Under the pieces are notes generated by a model. It was given only the letters and a program-made list of their open reading frames with translations, was not told the DNA's origin and ran no database searches. This document shows, piece after piece, positions 1-12,337 of a DNA stretch of 64,000 nt. The translations under genes and the position numbers were made by a program. Every line of letters begins with the position of its first letter. Position 1 is the first letter of the stretch. The DNA comes from Cystobasidiomycetes sp. EMM_F5 (taxonomy: Eukaryota), in assembly GCA_051047955.1 (NCBI GenBank), contig JBPGPT010000024.1, forward strand, positions 124,001-188,000, in the 5' to 3' direction.

Positions 1-158
1 GGTGCTGGCGAATATAAACGCCCTGCAGGTCCATAACTTCATATGAGGCAGCGGTTGGTTTCAGTACAACAGTGTGCGGGGCTTCTTGTACGACATGAGC
101 GAGTAGAAATGGAAGACTGCAACTGACCCAAGTTGCCCGGTTTGCGTTGTACGCTCGT

Positions 159-3100
159 CTACGTCTGCCCGCGAAGACTGCTGCATACCTCAAACACACC
201 CGTTCCCGTGTAGGCAGACTTGCCCATGACGATGCTCGCGCTCGGACTAGTGAGATCCTCATAGTCGCCGTATAGCGCTGCATCCGCGACAAAGGTCGCA
301 GTAGTCTCAAAGGATGCTTTGAGGAATGGCGACGGAGAGTTGGCTAAACCTGTGCGGTTGAAAGGCTTGTATCCTCCTTCTGACGTCTGTCGAACAAGCC
401 CGTCAGTAAAAGGTGAGTAAGAGAGTGCAGTAACCGAGACACACCATGTAGTCTGCAATCAGTGTAAGATGCCGTCTGTCGACGCCGATGCCGTACACTG
501 AGAAGACGCCCTGAATCTCTTTGATCAGAACGGAGCGTGCCGCCTCAACACCATAAGTTCGGAGGAAAGCTGCAATGTCGTTACTGTAGATGGTGTCCAT
601 ATTGATGACTCCTTGTGCAAAGCTCCACGCCCCAGCAAGGTTGACTCCCTCCGTGACAACGATGTCGGGGTCGCTAGGCTTTGCCGACTTTTCTCGATTG
701 GCAACAAAGCATCGGTTGATGAGTGGAGCCTGGTGGACAACCGCAACGCGGCAGCAAGCTTCGATGATGCCGACAAGAAGAAGTTTGGGCTGCTTTGCCC
801 CGAATTTCAGGTCGAGCTCGCACCACGCTCCCGCTGCAGACTTGTCGAAACGAACAGCCGTGAAGAACTTTGAATGACCTGCAATGAATTCCTGGATGCG
901 CTCTAGCCGCTCGACGCGTTCTTTCTCTTCAAGGCGAGACGTCTTTCTTGAAGTGGCTTCAGCACTCTCTCCATCGATATCGTCGCTCTCAACGTCCGAA
1001 ATCGCATCCGCAGCATTCTCTTCCCCTTCATCCGCTGCAAAAAAGGCATCTAGAGCTTCTGTGTCCATAGGAAGACCATTCGCTTCTTGTTCGTCGTCCG
1101 ACTCGTCGTAGTCTGCTTCGTCTTGACCTTGTTTGGCTCGTCGCGCATCGTCTGCGTCGTTATCCACCTCTTCCGCAGTTGACTTTGGCAACGCCATTTC
1201 GTCCTCTACGGCCCCTTGCCCATCACCGGCCTCAATGTCGTCGCCAGTCTCGGTTCGCTGATTACTCGAGCGTTCCTTCTGTCCTTTTCCAATCTCCGAC
1301 AATCGGGCACCTTTCATAGAGTTCTTCAAGCCCTTTGCGACCTCTTTATCGAAAGCCGGGGTAAAAGTGCGTTGTATGCAACGAAGAATCTGTTCGGGCG
1401 TCGTGCGAAACTCCTCTTCGTACTCTTCACGGGGGAAGAACTTCATCTTGACAGTGTATAGCTTGTCGCGCGAGTAGGCGTTGTCCGAGTCTTTCGTAGA
1501 CAGCCGTTCGTTTACTGTAACTTCTTCTACCACCTGTGACAAGGTGACTTTTGAGGCCATCTTGCACAGCGTCTCTACGTCCTCTTGCGACACACCTGCC
1601 GCAACTTCCATCCTCATTGTTGGCGTCTTGATGTTAGCAGAGGCAGTCATGACAATCTCTCGCAGACGAGGAATACCCAGCGTGACGTTGGCAGCACCGT
1701 GACCAGCAAAATGGAAAGTATTCAGAGTCATCTGAGTGGAAGGTTCGCCCACACCCTGAGAAGCGAGCAGCCCAACAGCTTCTCCGGGATCTACCAGACT
1801 TCGCATATATCGCACATTCATGACGGTTGTGTATGCATTCGGATCCAGCAGCTCTCCGTTCCTTTTAAGCTCCCACTCGTGCCATAATTTGCGATCCTTC
1901 TTTTTCGACTTGATCAATTTCTGTGGGTTTGAGGTCATGTAGTCCGACAGGCTGACGGCATACCGCTCAGAAACGCTGCCGATATGTCGTGCCGGGGAGT
2001 AGAGGGATAGTGTTGGATCGGCCACTTCGACAGACCTGGGCTCTTCCGCCAAGACTTGCTTTGTGCATTGTTTGAGCGTTTTTCGCATGTGCTCTTGCGC
2101 CTCAACTTCGTCCATCCTGCCGGCTAGATCAGCAAGACTGTATCTTTGAACGTAAGCGTTCATGTTGCGAGTAGCGAATTCGAACTGCATGAGTGTCTTT
2201 TGCCTGATGACACAGAGCATGCTCATCAGTACGGGCAAAGACAACTGAACCATCAGTAGGCTTACTTCGTGACATCCAAGCCATCTTCGCCATAATGAAA
2301 CTGTATGACGGACTGGTCCGCATTCCGTACAGTATAATCGTAGTTGACCTTGATGCCCTCAAGATGCTTGATGAGGCATCTTTGCAAGTATCCAGATCGC
2401 GAAGTTTTGACGGCGGTATCGATCAATCCTTCGCGCCCAGCCATACAATGGAAGTAGTATTCTTGCGGTCGGATCCCGGTCAGGAAACGTTGAGCTACGT
2501 ATCCACCAGCTCGCGGAGCTGTGTCGAATGCTCTGAAGGAAGGTAAAGTCTTTCCGGATACCATCGTCGGCACTCTTCGGCCTTCTAAGGATTGCTGTCC
2601 AAGCATGCACGAGATTTGCGAGGCATTGACATTTGACCCCTTTGCACCGGATATGGTCATGGTCTGCATGTTGTTATGCGGAAATGGCTTCACCAGACCA
2701 GAAGGAAGGCAGTCTTTGATGGTCTGCGAAGTGAGCTCGCCTACCACGGACGTGACGACGGCATCAAGTCCTGCAAGCTTCATGTCATCACGCAGAATAC
2801 TCTCCAACCGTACTTTCAGATTTTCTTTTGTCTCCGCTGAGTGTATATCCTCTTCCTTATCTAGCTGTACCACCTTCAAGGCGGCCATGTAACCACGATC
2901 TTCGGCAGTTTTGACATGCTTTGTCCGAACGCTGTTACCTTGCTTTGTTAGAATTAGATCATCCATTCTACAGGAGAAGGCCCGATGCTGAAGATATTTC
3001 GTGAATAGCCGACTGAGCATTCCCAGCAGTTTGCCAGCAACATCTGCTCCGTATAATTCATAGCAGGAGTGAACCAAGCCATAAGATGTTGCCCCGAATT

Positions 3101-6100
3101 GCGATTTGTCTAAAGTACCAGTAATCATATGCCCATTTACAAACTGAACTGTCCCCTCCTCCTTGTTGGCTGGACCCCAGGCATCGGCTGGAACTTTTGA
3201 GCCAGACGCCATATTCAAGCCTTTCGCACCAAGAGGAGTGATGTTCATCAGGATGGTCGTAATGACCTGTTTACCCGTCCATACAGCTTGAGGTTTCCAG
3301 ATGGCTGGGTCAACAGTAATGACTCTGCCTTGGCCCGAATAGCCATCCTCGGGCCTCAATGCGCCGTATATGAGCTGGTAGTACTCTTCGCGAGAGAAGA
3401 AGGTGTCCTTGCTGGTCATCCATGTCCCGGCAACTACGTGATCTTGGATCAGACCGCGAAGAGGATTACCGGATGTCGGCACAAGATATTGATTGTCAGT
3501 GTTGGCAATCAACCTCGCTTCCGCCTGCGCGATGTATGATTGCGGAAAGTGCATATTCATTTCGTCACCATCAAAGTCTGCATTGTAGGAATTACTGCAC
3601 GCCCGAAATGTATTAGTCCCGGAAGGATGTCGCCGCTCGTCCTGAAGATGTAGACTCACCAATTGGCGTAATGCATTCGTATTGTCTTCTCGCCACGCAA
3701 TATCTTGGCCCGATGGCACATCATACTGGGCTTATGCAATGTCGGTTGTCGATTGAGGATAAGAATATCACCATCATCGAGATGTCGGAAGACTTTACGA
3801 TTCACTTGTGGCGTTTTTGTATTTGGTAACCCCACGTCTGGTCGGTCGTAACCTCCCATATCAATCCTACTTGACGGAGTAAGGAGCTGTTGCGCTTTAG
3901 CATGACGTTCCTCGTCCGACATGCGGTCTAGCGATACCATACTTCCGTCTTCCATCTGGATATACGCTGCTCCGGGATGTATCTTCGTTCCATTGATGAC
4001 CAGTTGCATCATTCGTCTCACATTATGCGGTGTGACGGGCTCCGGAAAGGTCAATTTCTTGGCGAATACTGGCGGCACACCAATCTCATTTGTTTCAATA
4101 TTGATATCTGGTGAAATGACGGACCGCGCGGCGTAGTTGACACGCTTGCCCATCATGTTCTTCCTGAAAAGACCTTCTTTCTTCTCGAGAATCTGCTTGA
4201 TGCCCTGCGGCGGTTCTTTGCCTTGTCGAACGATCGTCGGATTCTTTGAGCTATCGAAGAGAGAGTTTACAGCTATTTGCAGACCAATGATTGCTTCGAG
4301 AAGAAGACCGTACAGTCGTATCCTGTCTTGCCCTCCAGCCAGCACAGCTTTACTAGTCAAGTTGGTCTCGCCATTGATAGTCGGCGGTTTCTTGGCTGTT
4401 GCTTGACGATACAGCGCCAACCTGTCGCGAATGAGCAAGGTGGATTTGAGAACGCCACCTAGCATTTCGCTCTGCGGGTTTTCGAACTGCATATCGCCCA
4501 TCGATGCAGCCGGTCGAAAACGACTGGGCGGGACTGCAAGCGTATCGAGAAAGAACATGTCCGCGGAAGCGTTACCGAACTGTGTAGTGACTGAGCTGCT
4601 GCTTCGCCCTTTGCCTTTGATTCGAGCGAGACGGGCGGCTTCTGTCAAGCGTCGCGAAGCCAAGGGCCCGTGACCACCGTAGATGAGAGCACATATCTCT
4701 GGCTCGTTATCGAACAATAGTCGGAGATGCTGCCTGCACTCGTCTGGCTGGACCATACGCTCCGTCTGCCTTAATCGTGTTTGTTGAGCAGGTTGCGGTT
4801 CCTGATTTGAAACGGTTGCCAGATCCGCTTCCAGCTCCTCCTCCTCGCTATCGTCTAGTCCGTTATCTTCCGTAGCTTCTGGTACGCTGCTAGCTTCACT
4901 GGACGAACTACTAGCAGGCGAGGCTGCGCGACCATTAGGTGCTTCAGGCTCATCACTATCCGCATCAGAGTCGACCTCGTCTGCATTATATCCTTGTGAA
5001 GCTTCCTCGTCGCTATCGTGTCGTAGCTGTTTGGCAGTAGCGGTATCTGATGCTTGTGACTTGCGTTGCTTCTCCTTAGCAGCTGCTGCTTGGACCATGA
5101 GGATGTGTTCCCGCTTTACTCCCGCGACTTCGTCCTGAGCTGTCTGCTTCGCTGTTAACGAGTACTCCATAATCTTGGTATGCCCTTCTTTTCGCATCCG
5201 GTGATGGTGTCTGTGAGCAGTTACGGGCATCAGCACGGAGCTCCCTGCGTAAGTGATTAATTGAATATGGAGACATACGCCTGACAGTTTGAGCACTTTT
5301 TCCGAATAGTCGATTTCAGAAATTCGTGTATGAGATCTTTCCGCTTGTCGAAACATATGGCCGACTTGTACGAATCGCGATCACAATTAATGCCTGCCCT
5401 CTTCGCCTTCTTGACTGCGTTTGTGATGTGCTTCCACAGCCTCTCCTCGTACTCTACCAATGATTCGCCAGTGTCGTCGCCCTGCCCTTCTCTTGCGGCT
5501 TTCGCCTTGGCTAGCGGCTTCACAGCTTGAATGTTGACGGATGCGAGGTCGTCAGAGTCTGTAACCAGCCCACGTTCTAGCAGAATCATTCGCGCTTTGT
5601 ATTGTGCTACTCCAGCTGCCGGCATAAGGAAACGATGACAGACAAAGCACGATCCGCGGAGCAGATTGTATGTCTGAGTGAGGAAGAGAGGGTGAAAGAC
5701 GGGCGTAGGGAGGTCTGAGGTGGCATTCCAAAGAGGCGGATTACGTCCATTTCAGCAATGAGTTTCGAAGGCAACCTAAAGAATCTATCGTGCTCACCGA
5801 TATGGCCATAATGACCGGGACAGTCAAATGATTGTAGACTGCATGTTGCACAGCTATTCCATCAGACGGATATCAACACAAGCGTCCGTTAGCTATTTCC
5901 ATTCGAAAATCTTTCGTTTTGGACGGGCTTTTTGCGCACATGTCTCCCCGTTTGCTAGGCCCCAGAGCAGGGTCGTACAACCCACCGAGGGTAGGGTTTC
6001 CGAGCGTATCAAAGAGGGTAGGGTTTGTGATTTGCTTTACTGAAATGCTCTTTACATCCTGCGACGTCAGAAAACTGAAGCTGACGCTCGACACCTGCGT

Positions 6101-6127
6101 CGAGACAGGATGGGCAGGATCAGCCAT
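159..6127 (-). CDS. RPA190: DNA-directed RNA polymerase I largest subunit (multi-exon)
   Basis: N-terminal [10 protein letters not shown], then spliced [13 protein letters not shown] zinc clamp, [20 protein letters not shown], catalytic NADFDGD (intron 3595-3659 just upstream), [20 protein letters not shown] and [32 protein letters not shown]. Acidic expander-like region and no CTD heptads indicate Pol I. Confidence 0.97.
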
Positions 6128-6387
6128 GGTGTTACAGGGTTGTGGCCGTCAAGGCATGTGTGGTGAGTCCGCAATCCATGTATCCACAGGCTCTTCAAAT
6201 GCAAGCTGTTCCCAAAATTTGGTGATCAAGCTTATGGACATTCTCAGCAGCACATCAGATTATTCTACGATACATCTGCCTTCTAAACTAATACGGAACT
6301 GCGCATAACAACATCACTCAATACTCTTTGTTATCTTCTATTATCTTCCGACAGAACTGGCTACGTTCATCTGAATCTGCCAACTCC

Positions 6388-7370
6388 TTACGCCTGATGA
6401 GCCTGGTAATTGACTCGCTTCAACCAGGCCTCGAACGATCCCTTGCCAGGTAGATTAGGAATCAATTCGCGGGTCGGTTCTAGGAATTCTCCGAGGTAGT
6501 ATCCGTACGCATTGAACAGTTTGATGGTAGCTTGCAGTTCGGCGACAGGCACAGCAGAGACCGGGATATGTCCAAAGGTGACCTTTTCGCCAGTTACTGC
6601 CGTGAATGCATCTGCCATCTGCGGAACGGTAAGGTACTCGCTTGCAGCTAGGATTTTGGTACCGTTGAATTTCGAGGGATCGGCAAACAAAGGTGCAACG
6701 AATTTGCCTGGTAATTGACGGAATGTCGTTAGTTGTGTAGAGTTATTAAGGGGATGTGAGATGCGACTCACCAAAGTCCTGCTCAATATCAATCAACGGC
6801 AGAGCGACATCTGCACGGACAGCAGTGTCAAGCACTACTTTGTCGCCTTTACGGGTTGGAACGCCGAATGGGGGAAAGTAGACCCAGTTCTGCATGTAGA
6901 AGCCGGGATACACGAAGGCTGCCTGGAGAGAGGTTTCGTTGCGGATATACTGCTCCACTTTATTCTTGTTTGTAAAGTGTCCCACGACCAACGAGCCCTT
7001 GGCTACGCTGTCAACATCGTGCAAGGACGACCATACGATGAATTTGACAGTCTTGGCTTCGACTGCTGCATCGACCAGCTTCTTGAATCCAATCCGTCTC
7101 TGGATTGAGCTGTGCTGTCGGGTCCCAGAATGAGGTTACGAGGAAGGCGCCAGTCGCTCCTTCGTATGCCTTTACGAGACTCGAAACGTCGTTTGCGTCT
7201 CCCGAGACAACTTGCACTCCCTGCTTTGACAAGGCTTGAGCGGCCTCGGATGATGGGTTTCGAGTTACTGCTCGGATATTGTACTTTCCGGCTGCCTGCA
7301 ATTCCCTCACAACGCTACCGCCCTGAGCTCCAGTCGCTCCGAATACGACGACAGTCTGAGTTGACGACAT
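6388..7370 (-). CDS. NmrA-like NAD(P)-binding protein (multi-exon)
   Basis: VVVFGATGAQGGSVV Rossmann motif, IRAVTRNPSS, HFTNKNKVEQYI, GFYMQNW, and D.G.FVA..F..P across ORFs 7011-7370, 6746-7024 and 6388-6792. Confidence 0.9.
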
Positions 7371-7470
7371 TGATGTTGGTTGTAACCGTAGCGAGGCGGG
7401 ACTGATTGGACTGGATGAGTGGAAGAGTGAGGAAAGTGAAGAAGAAGAGCAGACACTCTGTACTTCCCGC

Positions 7471-7477
7471 TTTTATA
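7471..7477 (-). promoter_or_regulatory. Putative TATA box of the NmrA-like gene
   Basis: TATAAAA on the minus strand about 100 nt upstream of ATG 7370, followed by a pyrimidine-rich tract. Confidence 0.45.
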
Positions 7478-8226
7478 CTCCAGAAACGGCTTTGTCATGG
7501 TCGACGTGTTTGCATTTATCCTTGCTGATTGTAATGATTGCGTGCTTAATGCCGACCTTCCCGCGACTTTAAATAGATTAGTCAGCGGCTGACCCACACA
7601 GCGATAGAGAGTATGCATCTGCAGTCAGCATGGTGAGGAGGAAACGTCAGTAGTGGTGAGTAAGTCGATGACGATGGCTGATATGCTATTGCTCAGCAGA
7701 AGCGGAGAAAGCTGCAGTCTTTGAGTATGTGAAACGTTAGGAGTTCTCTGAAGCTGCAGAAGAAAGCAAGGCGGGCTCCCACTGTACGCCGATATTCATG
7801 GTAGACCTGCTTCGATAACCTCGAAAAGCTACCAGCCCGTGCTTTTCTTCTTCTTTTCCTTCTGCCCCGTCTACGCGCACTCAGCCGGTCAGTGACCAGC
7901 ACTAACTCTAGTAGCGGCCCAAGCTTTCTCGATCACCCTCTGAAGCGACCGCTGATTCGCTGGATGCCTACAAGGTTGGCTTCTAATCCTGCCGTCATGT
8001 GTTAGCCTAAGTTACGGGTTATGCGCAATCATACGGCTGGGTCAATTACGGGACGCGTATAGTTAGTCGTCGCATACGAGGGAAATAGGTACAGGGCGAG
8101 AAATTTAAAGAAAGAGGGATGGTCCGAGGAGGAAATGAGGTGGTGGGCAGGGAGAGGGCAGTGGATAATAACCGTGTAGCTGTAGCCGTGTAGCTTGCTT
8201 CTCGACGTCTGGCAATCCGTACAGAA

Positions 8227-10228
8227 ATGGCGTACCAGCCGGGGACCTGGCTGCCAGACATTGTCACTGCGGTCCAGCAGGCCCCAAAGGACGCGGTCAA
8301 CCCGTTTCTCTACTATGCGGAGCAGCTCTCGCTCAGCGTCTTCTCGGGTATCGCAGAGTGGAGCAAGCCAGTCTTCCTGGTCGTCGGCGCTGTTGCCTTG
8401 ATGTGAGTTGATTGTGGTCTCCACTCCGTTTTACAACACGTTCCTGACGCGTAGAGTGGGGCAACTTTCGACAGCAATGCCGCAGTCACAGCCTTTACGC
8501 TATGGGTCAGGTATCGCAGAGAGGGCGGACTACCAGTGTACAAGATGCTCGCTCATCGTGACGGAGGAAGATACATCGTCCTCAACTCCAACAACGTCTT
8601 TCTCGTCTTTCACCTCCTCACTTCCCTCGCCTTTACCACATGGTGCGTTCTCCACGTCTTTCAGTACGCAAGAAATGGAGATGAGACGGCGTGGATGGAG
8701 ATGACGTGGTCGACGCTCGTGTGGCTCGCTCCTTACATGGGCCTACTCCTCGCATGTCTCGGATGCTTGTATGGCATCCTCGCGACACCATACTCTCACG
8801 CAACCCACATCAACGATGAAGGAGTCATCTCCCATACCTCTGCACCACTCGCGTCTGTACCGAGCTGGATACTCAACACCGTCGTCGTCGCTCTGCCCCT
8901 GCTTCTCGTTGCGACCATCGTGGCACCCGGTCTGCTGCTAATTCTAGCCATCCGAGATACTCAAGACGTGTCGCGTGAGTACATGACGCGCGTGTATAAT
9001 GGTGTCGCTGACTGGTATGCAGTCCAACTGATCGCTACGCTGAAACAATGGGCACCCATCTATGCAGACGGCACTGCTCCCTCACAAGCTGAGCAGATTG
9101 CAGGTTTATCTCAACTTGGCACTCTCAGCCAGCTTGGAGAGTTGACAGCGACTCGATGGCGACCTGTATTTGTTGTCTGGTCAGTCTCAATCTCGGCCAA
9201 ATGATTCGTTCGCAGAAAGATTGATGCATTATCCCGTATACAGGGCAGTATGGGTCGGTCTGGCTTCTGCATTGGCAATGGCTGCGACAGTCACGGTGTA
9301 TCGCGTGACCAAGGCTCGGTACCGCTTGATGGCCATACAGAGCGAGAGTACGCTCGTTGGGACTGCAAGTGGACAGAGCGGCGGTCTTCAGGGTAGTACA
9401 GAAGCGTCCGAAGTATACACTGGCAGTAACGTAACGAATCGATCCTCGCTGGAGAAGCTCACTACTCGACGCGGCTCTCTACATTCGTCATCGCACTTGG
9501 GCAATAACGGCATGGGTGGTAGAGAAGGCGGAAAACAGATGGAAAGGGCAAGATGGGAGCATCTGAATCTTACCATCCAATTCGCGGCAGCCGCGGTACT
9601 GCTCCTCCTGGCCGAAGTCGCCATGCTCTTCAATTGCATATTGGGCTATAGGGTACACATGCAAATCAACCTCTTTGCAGTATCGATTCTCCTTCCCATG
9701 ATTTCGTACGTCGGATGGGCGAGTGTGGGATTGGTCTTGATTATGGTGAGCAGCGCATTCAAGCAGTAAATTCTGTCAGGAACATGTATGCTGACGTGAT
9801 GTCCTTTATAGCTGAGAGCCGTACAAGGTAAGACGGAGCCAACCGCCCCGCCGACTACACCGAAGACGTCCCAGTCTGCCCGCTTCAGTACCGACGCGAC
9901 CTTTATGAGCGAGAAGAAGCAACGGGGCGTTTCTTTCGATGCTCCTTCTCGCCCTGCACGAGCGATCAGCAAAATGAATGCTGGTATTGTCTCGCTTGCG
10001 AATGGAAAGTCGAGGAACGAAGGCGCTCTATACAAACCACCGACCAAGGAGATTTACGTGACGACCGTGACTAGGACGGCTGTTGAAGCGGATGCTGCAG
10101 ACGAAATGCCAAAGCCTGAAATCATCGTCGACGCTGCAACTGCGGAGATTCCTGTCAGCTTTCTGGACTTCCGATATACGCCTGCTATAGAGACGGACAA
10201 CAAAAGTCAATATGGACAGGCTCTGTAA
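8227..10228 (+). CDS. Multi-pass membrane protein of unknown function (about 6-7 TM, cytosolic tail)
   Basis: ATG 8227 MAYQPGTWLP..NPFLYYAEQL..LVVGAVALI, spliced (GTGAGT..GACAG 8474) into the 8536-9204 frame. Further hydrophobic segments in 9170-9769 and a Ser/Thr-rich tail to 10228. Confidence 0.7.
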
Positions 10229-10766
10229 GGGAGACGGGAAAACCAAACGATTAAAGTGATGGAATGAGCTTTACGATAATGATGTACGAGGATACGCCTC
10301 GGAAATGGCGTAGGGTAAGATAATGTAGCTGTAGAGTCTACGACGTTGTCGGTTGGCATATTTAGAAATCATGCGACTCCGACTTTGCATGTACGGACGA
10401 TGGGCTTGTGAGAGGCGCTAGCCTCTGCTGTACCTTCTCTAAATCTTTGCAAAAATTAAAGGCGTTGTTAGACGTTTCGTCAGGGCTTATCAGAGACCCT
10501 TCCGGATCCCCGTCCGTAAAATCCGTTCACTGTTCAAGGTTACGATGTGATGCACAAAGTGATACCACGCGCTCAGTCGACACACTTTCACAACCCACTT
10601 TCTCTGAGCCCTCTCCCGTTCGTTTTTATCCAGGTCTTTGCATCAGGTTGGCCATTGTGATGAATCCCTGCCGAAGAGCCGGATCAGCTTGTCTGACTTG
10701 TCTGTGACGTAGTAATTCTGTTCTTCCACTTTCTCCTCCCTCTCCTTCGTCAACACTTCAAGCACG

Positions 10767-12059
10767 ATGCCGCAACTCAACGTCCTCGTCTCGGGAGCTT
10801 CGGTTGCAGGACCCATGACGGCGTACTGGTTGGCGAGAGCAGGCGCCAAAGTAACAGTGGTCGAGCGATTTCCGCAACTACGCAGTGAAGGGCAGAGCAT
10901 CGACATTCGAACGACTGGAGTTGCCGTAATGCGCAAGATGGGAGACATGGAACAAAGAGTCCGTGCCAAACATACACAGATCGAGGGAATGTGCATGGTG
11001 AGGACAGACGGCCGTGCTATTGGGACTCTGCGCGCAAGTGGAGATCCAGACCAGCAGACTCTGGTCTCCGAGTATGAAATATTCAGAGGCGACCTCTCGC
11101 GAATCATACATGACATGTCTGTAGAAACGGGCAACGTCGAGTACGTTTTCGGCGAACAAATTGCGTCCATGTCCCACTCGACCCTTGGCGAAGGACAAGA
11201 CAGTGGTCCAATCACAGTTGAATTCGCCAATGGCAAACTTCCGAAAGCACAATATGATCTAGTCGTTGCGTGCGATGGCTCGGCATCAAGGACAAGAGCA
11301 ATGGGGTTAGGGTGTGCAGCGCGGGATTATGTCCACTCGACTAATGGATGGGCAGCCTACTTTTCGATACCCAAAGAGATGATGGACTATGGCAAGAATA
11401 TAGCGCACGGTTACAGCGCCCCCGGCAGTCGTGCCCTCTTTGTAGGCGCCGACCCGACAGGTGGGTCTCGGGCAGTCATGATGTGCTTCAATCCATCGAC
11501 AGTGCAGCCATTCCGTGAAGCCTTAAAGGGTGGAGACGCCAACTTGAAGCGTTTTCTGGCTAAACTCTACTCTGGGACTGGCTACATGAGCGAGGATGTC
11601 ATCGAAGGGCTCATGAATACAAAAGACCTGTATGCGAGCGAGATTGTGCAAGTCAAGAGTCCTGCACTGTCCAAAGGCCGTTTCGTAATGGTCGGAGACG
11701 CTGGGTATGCTCCTGGTCTGAATGGCACAGGAACGACACTTGCTATGACTGGCGGATATATCCTGGCAGGAGAAATTGCCAGACATAGAGGCGATCTATC
11801 AGCAGCCTTGCGAGGATACGAAGTACAGATGAGACCGCTCATCACCGACATGCAGCAAACGCCCAGATTCCTGACAGCAATCATGGCTCCACAAAGCGCC
11901 TGGGCACTCGCAGTGAGGAACGCTGCGTTTACCGTTATTGCCAATGTCGCGTCCTGGGTCGCATGGACGGGCATTTTCGCGTACGCGCAAGGCCTGTTTG
12001 CGTCGGCCTTTGCCAGCGGCGAAAAGTACAAGCTGCCAGAGTATGAGTGGGAGAGGTAG
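10767..12059 (+). CDS. FAD-dependent monooxygenase (UbiH/salicylate hydroxylase-like fold), intronless
   Basis: VLVSGASVAGP (GxGxxG-like), YDLVVACDG (DG motif) and GRFVMVGDAGYA (GD motif) in an uninterrupted 430-aa ORF. Confidence 0.92.
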   Translation: MPQLNVLVSGASVAGPMTAYWLARAGAKVTVVERFPQLRSEGQSIDIRTTGVAVMRKMGDMEQRVRAKHTQIEGMCMVRTDGRAIGTLRASGDPDQQTLVSEYEIFRGDLSRIIHDMSVETGNVEYVFGEQIASMSHSTLGEGQDSGPITVEFANGKLPKAQYDLVVACDGSASRTRAMGLGCAARDYVHSTNGWAAYFSIPKEMMDYGKNIAHGYSAPGSRALFVGADPTGGSRAVMMCFNPSTVQPFREALKGGDANLKRFLAKLYSGTGYMSEDVIEGLMNTKDLYASEIVQVKSPALSKGRFVMVGDAGYAPGLNGTGTTLAMTGGYILAGEIARHRGDLSAALRGYEVQMRPLITDMQQTPRFLTAIMAPQSAWALAVRNAAFTVIANVASWVAWTGIFAYAQGLFASAFASGEKYKLPEYEWER

Positions 12060-12337
12060 TGCATGAAGGGAATCGATAGAGAGCATTATTAGACACCCAA
12101 TTCAGCATTGAACATTGCGGGGTTGTATTTTGACATATGCCCATGTTTGACCAGAGCATACTGAGACTGGCCGTCAATTCAGTCAGCACTGCGCATTCAA
12201 ACATGCAGTTGCATTGACGCTGAGCTATGCCCATGCCATTGATAACTGACCTCAGCTCACCCCGGCCCTTCTCATTCCACGCTACCCTCACTTCGACAGC
12301 CTGGACTTATGGGTCTCTGCTGAGCCTACAGCCGCAA

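Noticed and set aside
3595..5356. Apparent frameshifts or split of the RNA polymerase gene, and its long acidic insertions
   Set aside because: The ORF breaks I checked correspond to canonical GT-AG introns. Variable acidic insertions are a known feature of Pol I largest subunits.
6388..12059. Secondary-metabolite cluster (NmrA + membrane protein + FAD monooxygenase)
   Set aside because: No PKS, NRPS, terpene synthase or other backbone enzyme in the window.
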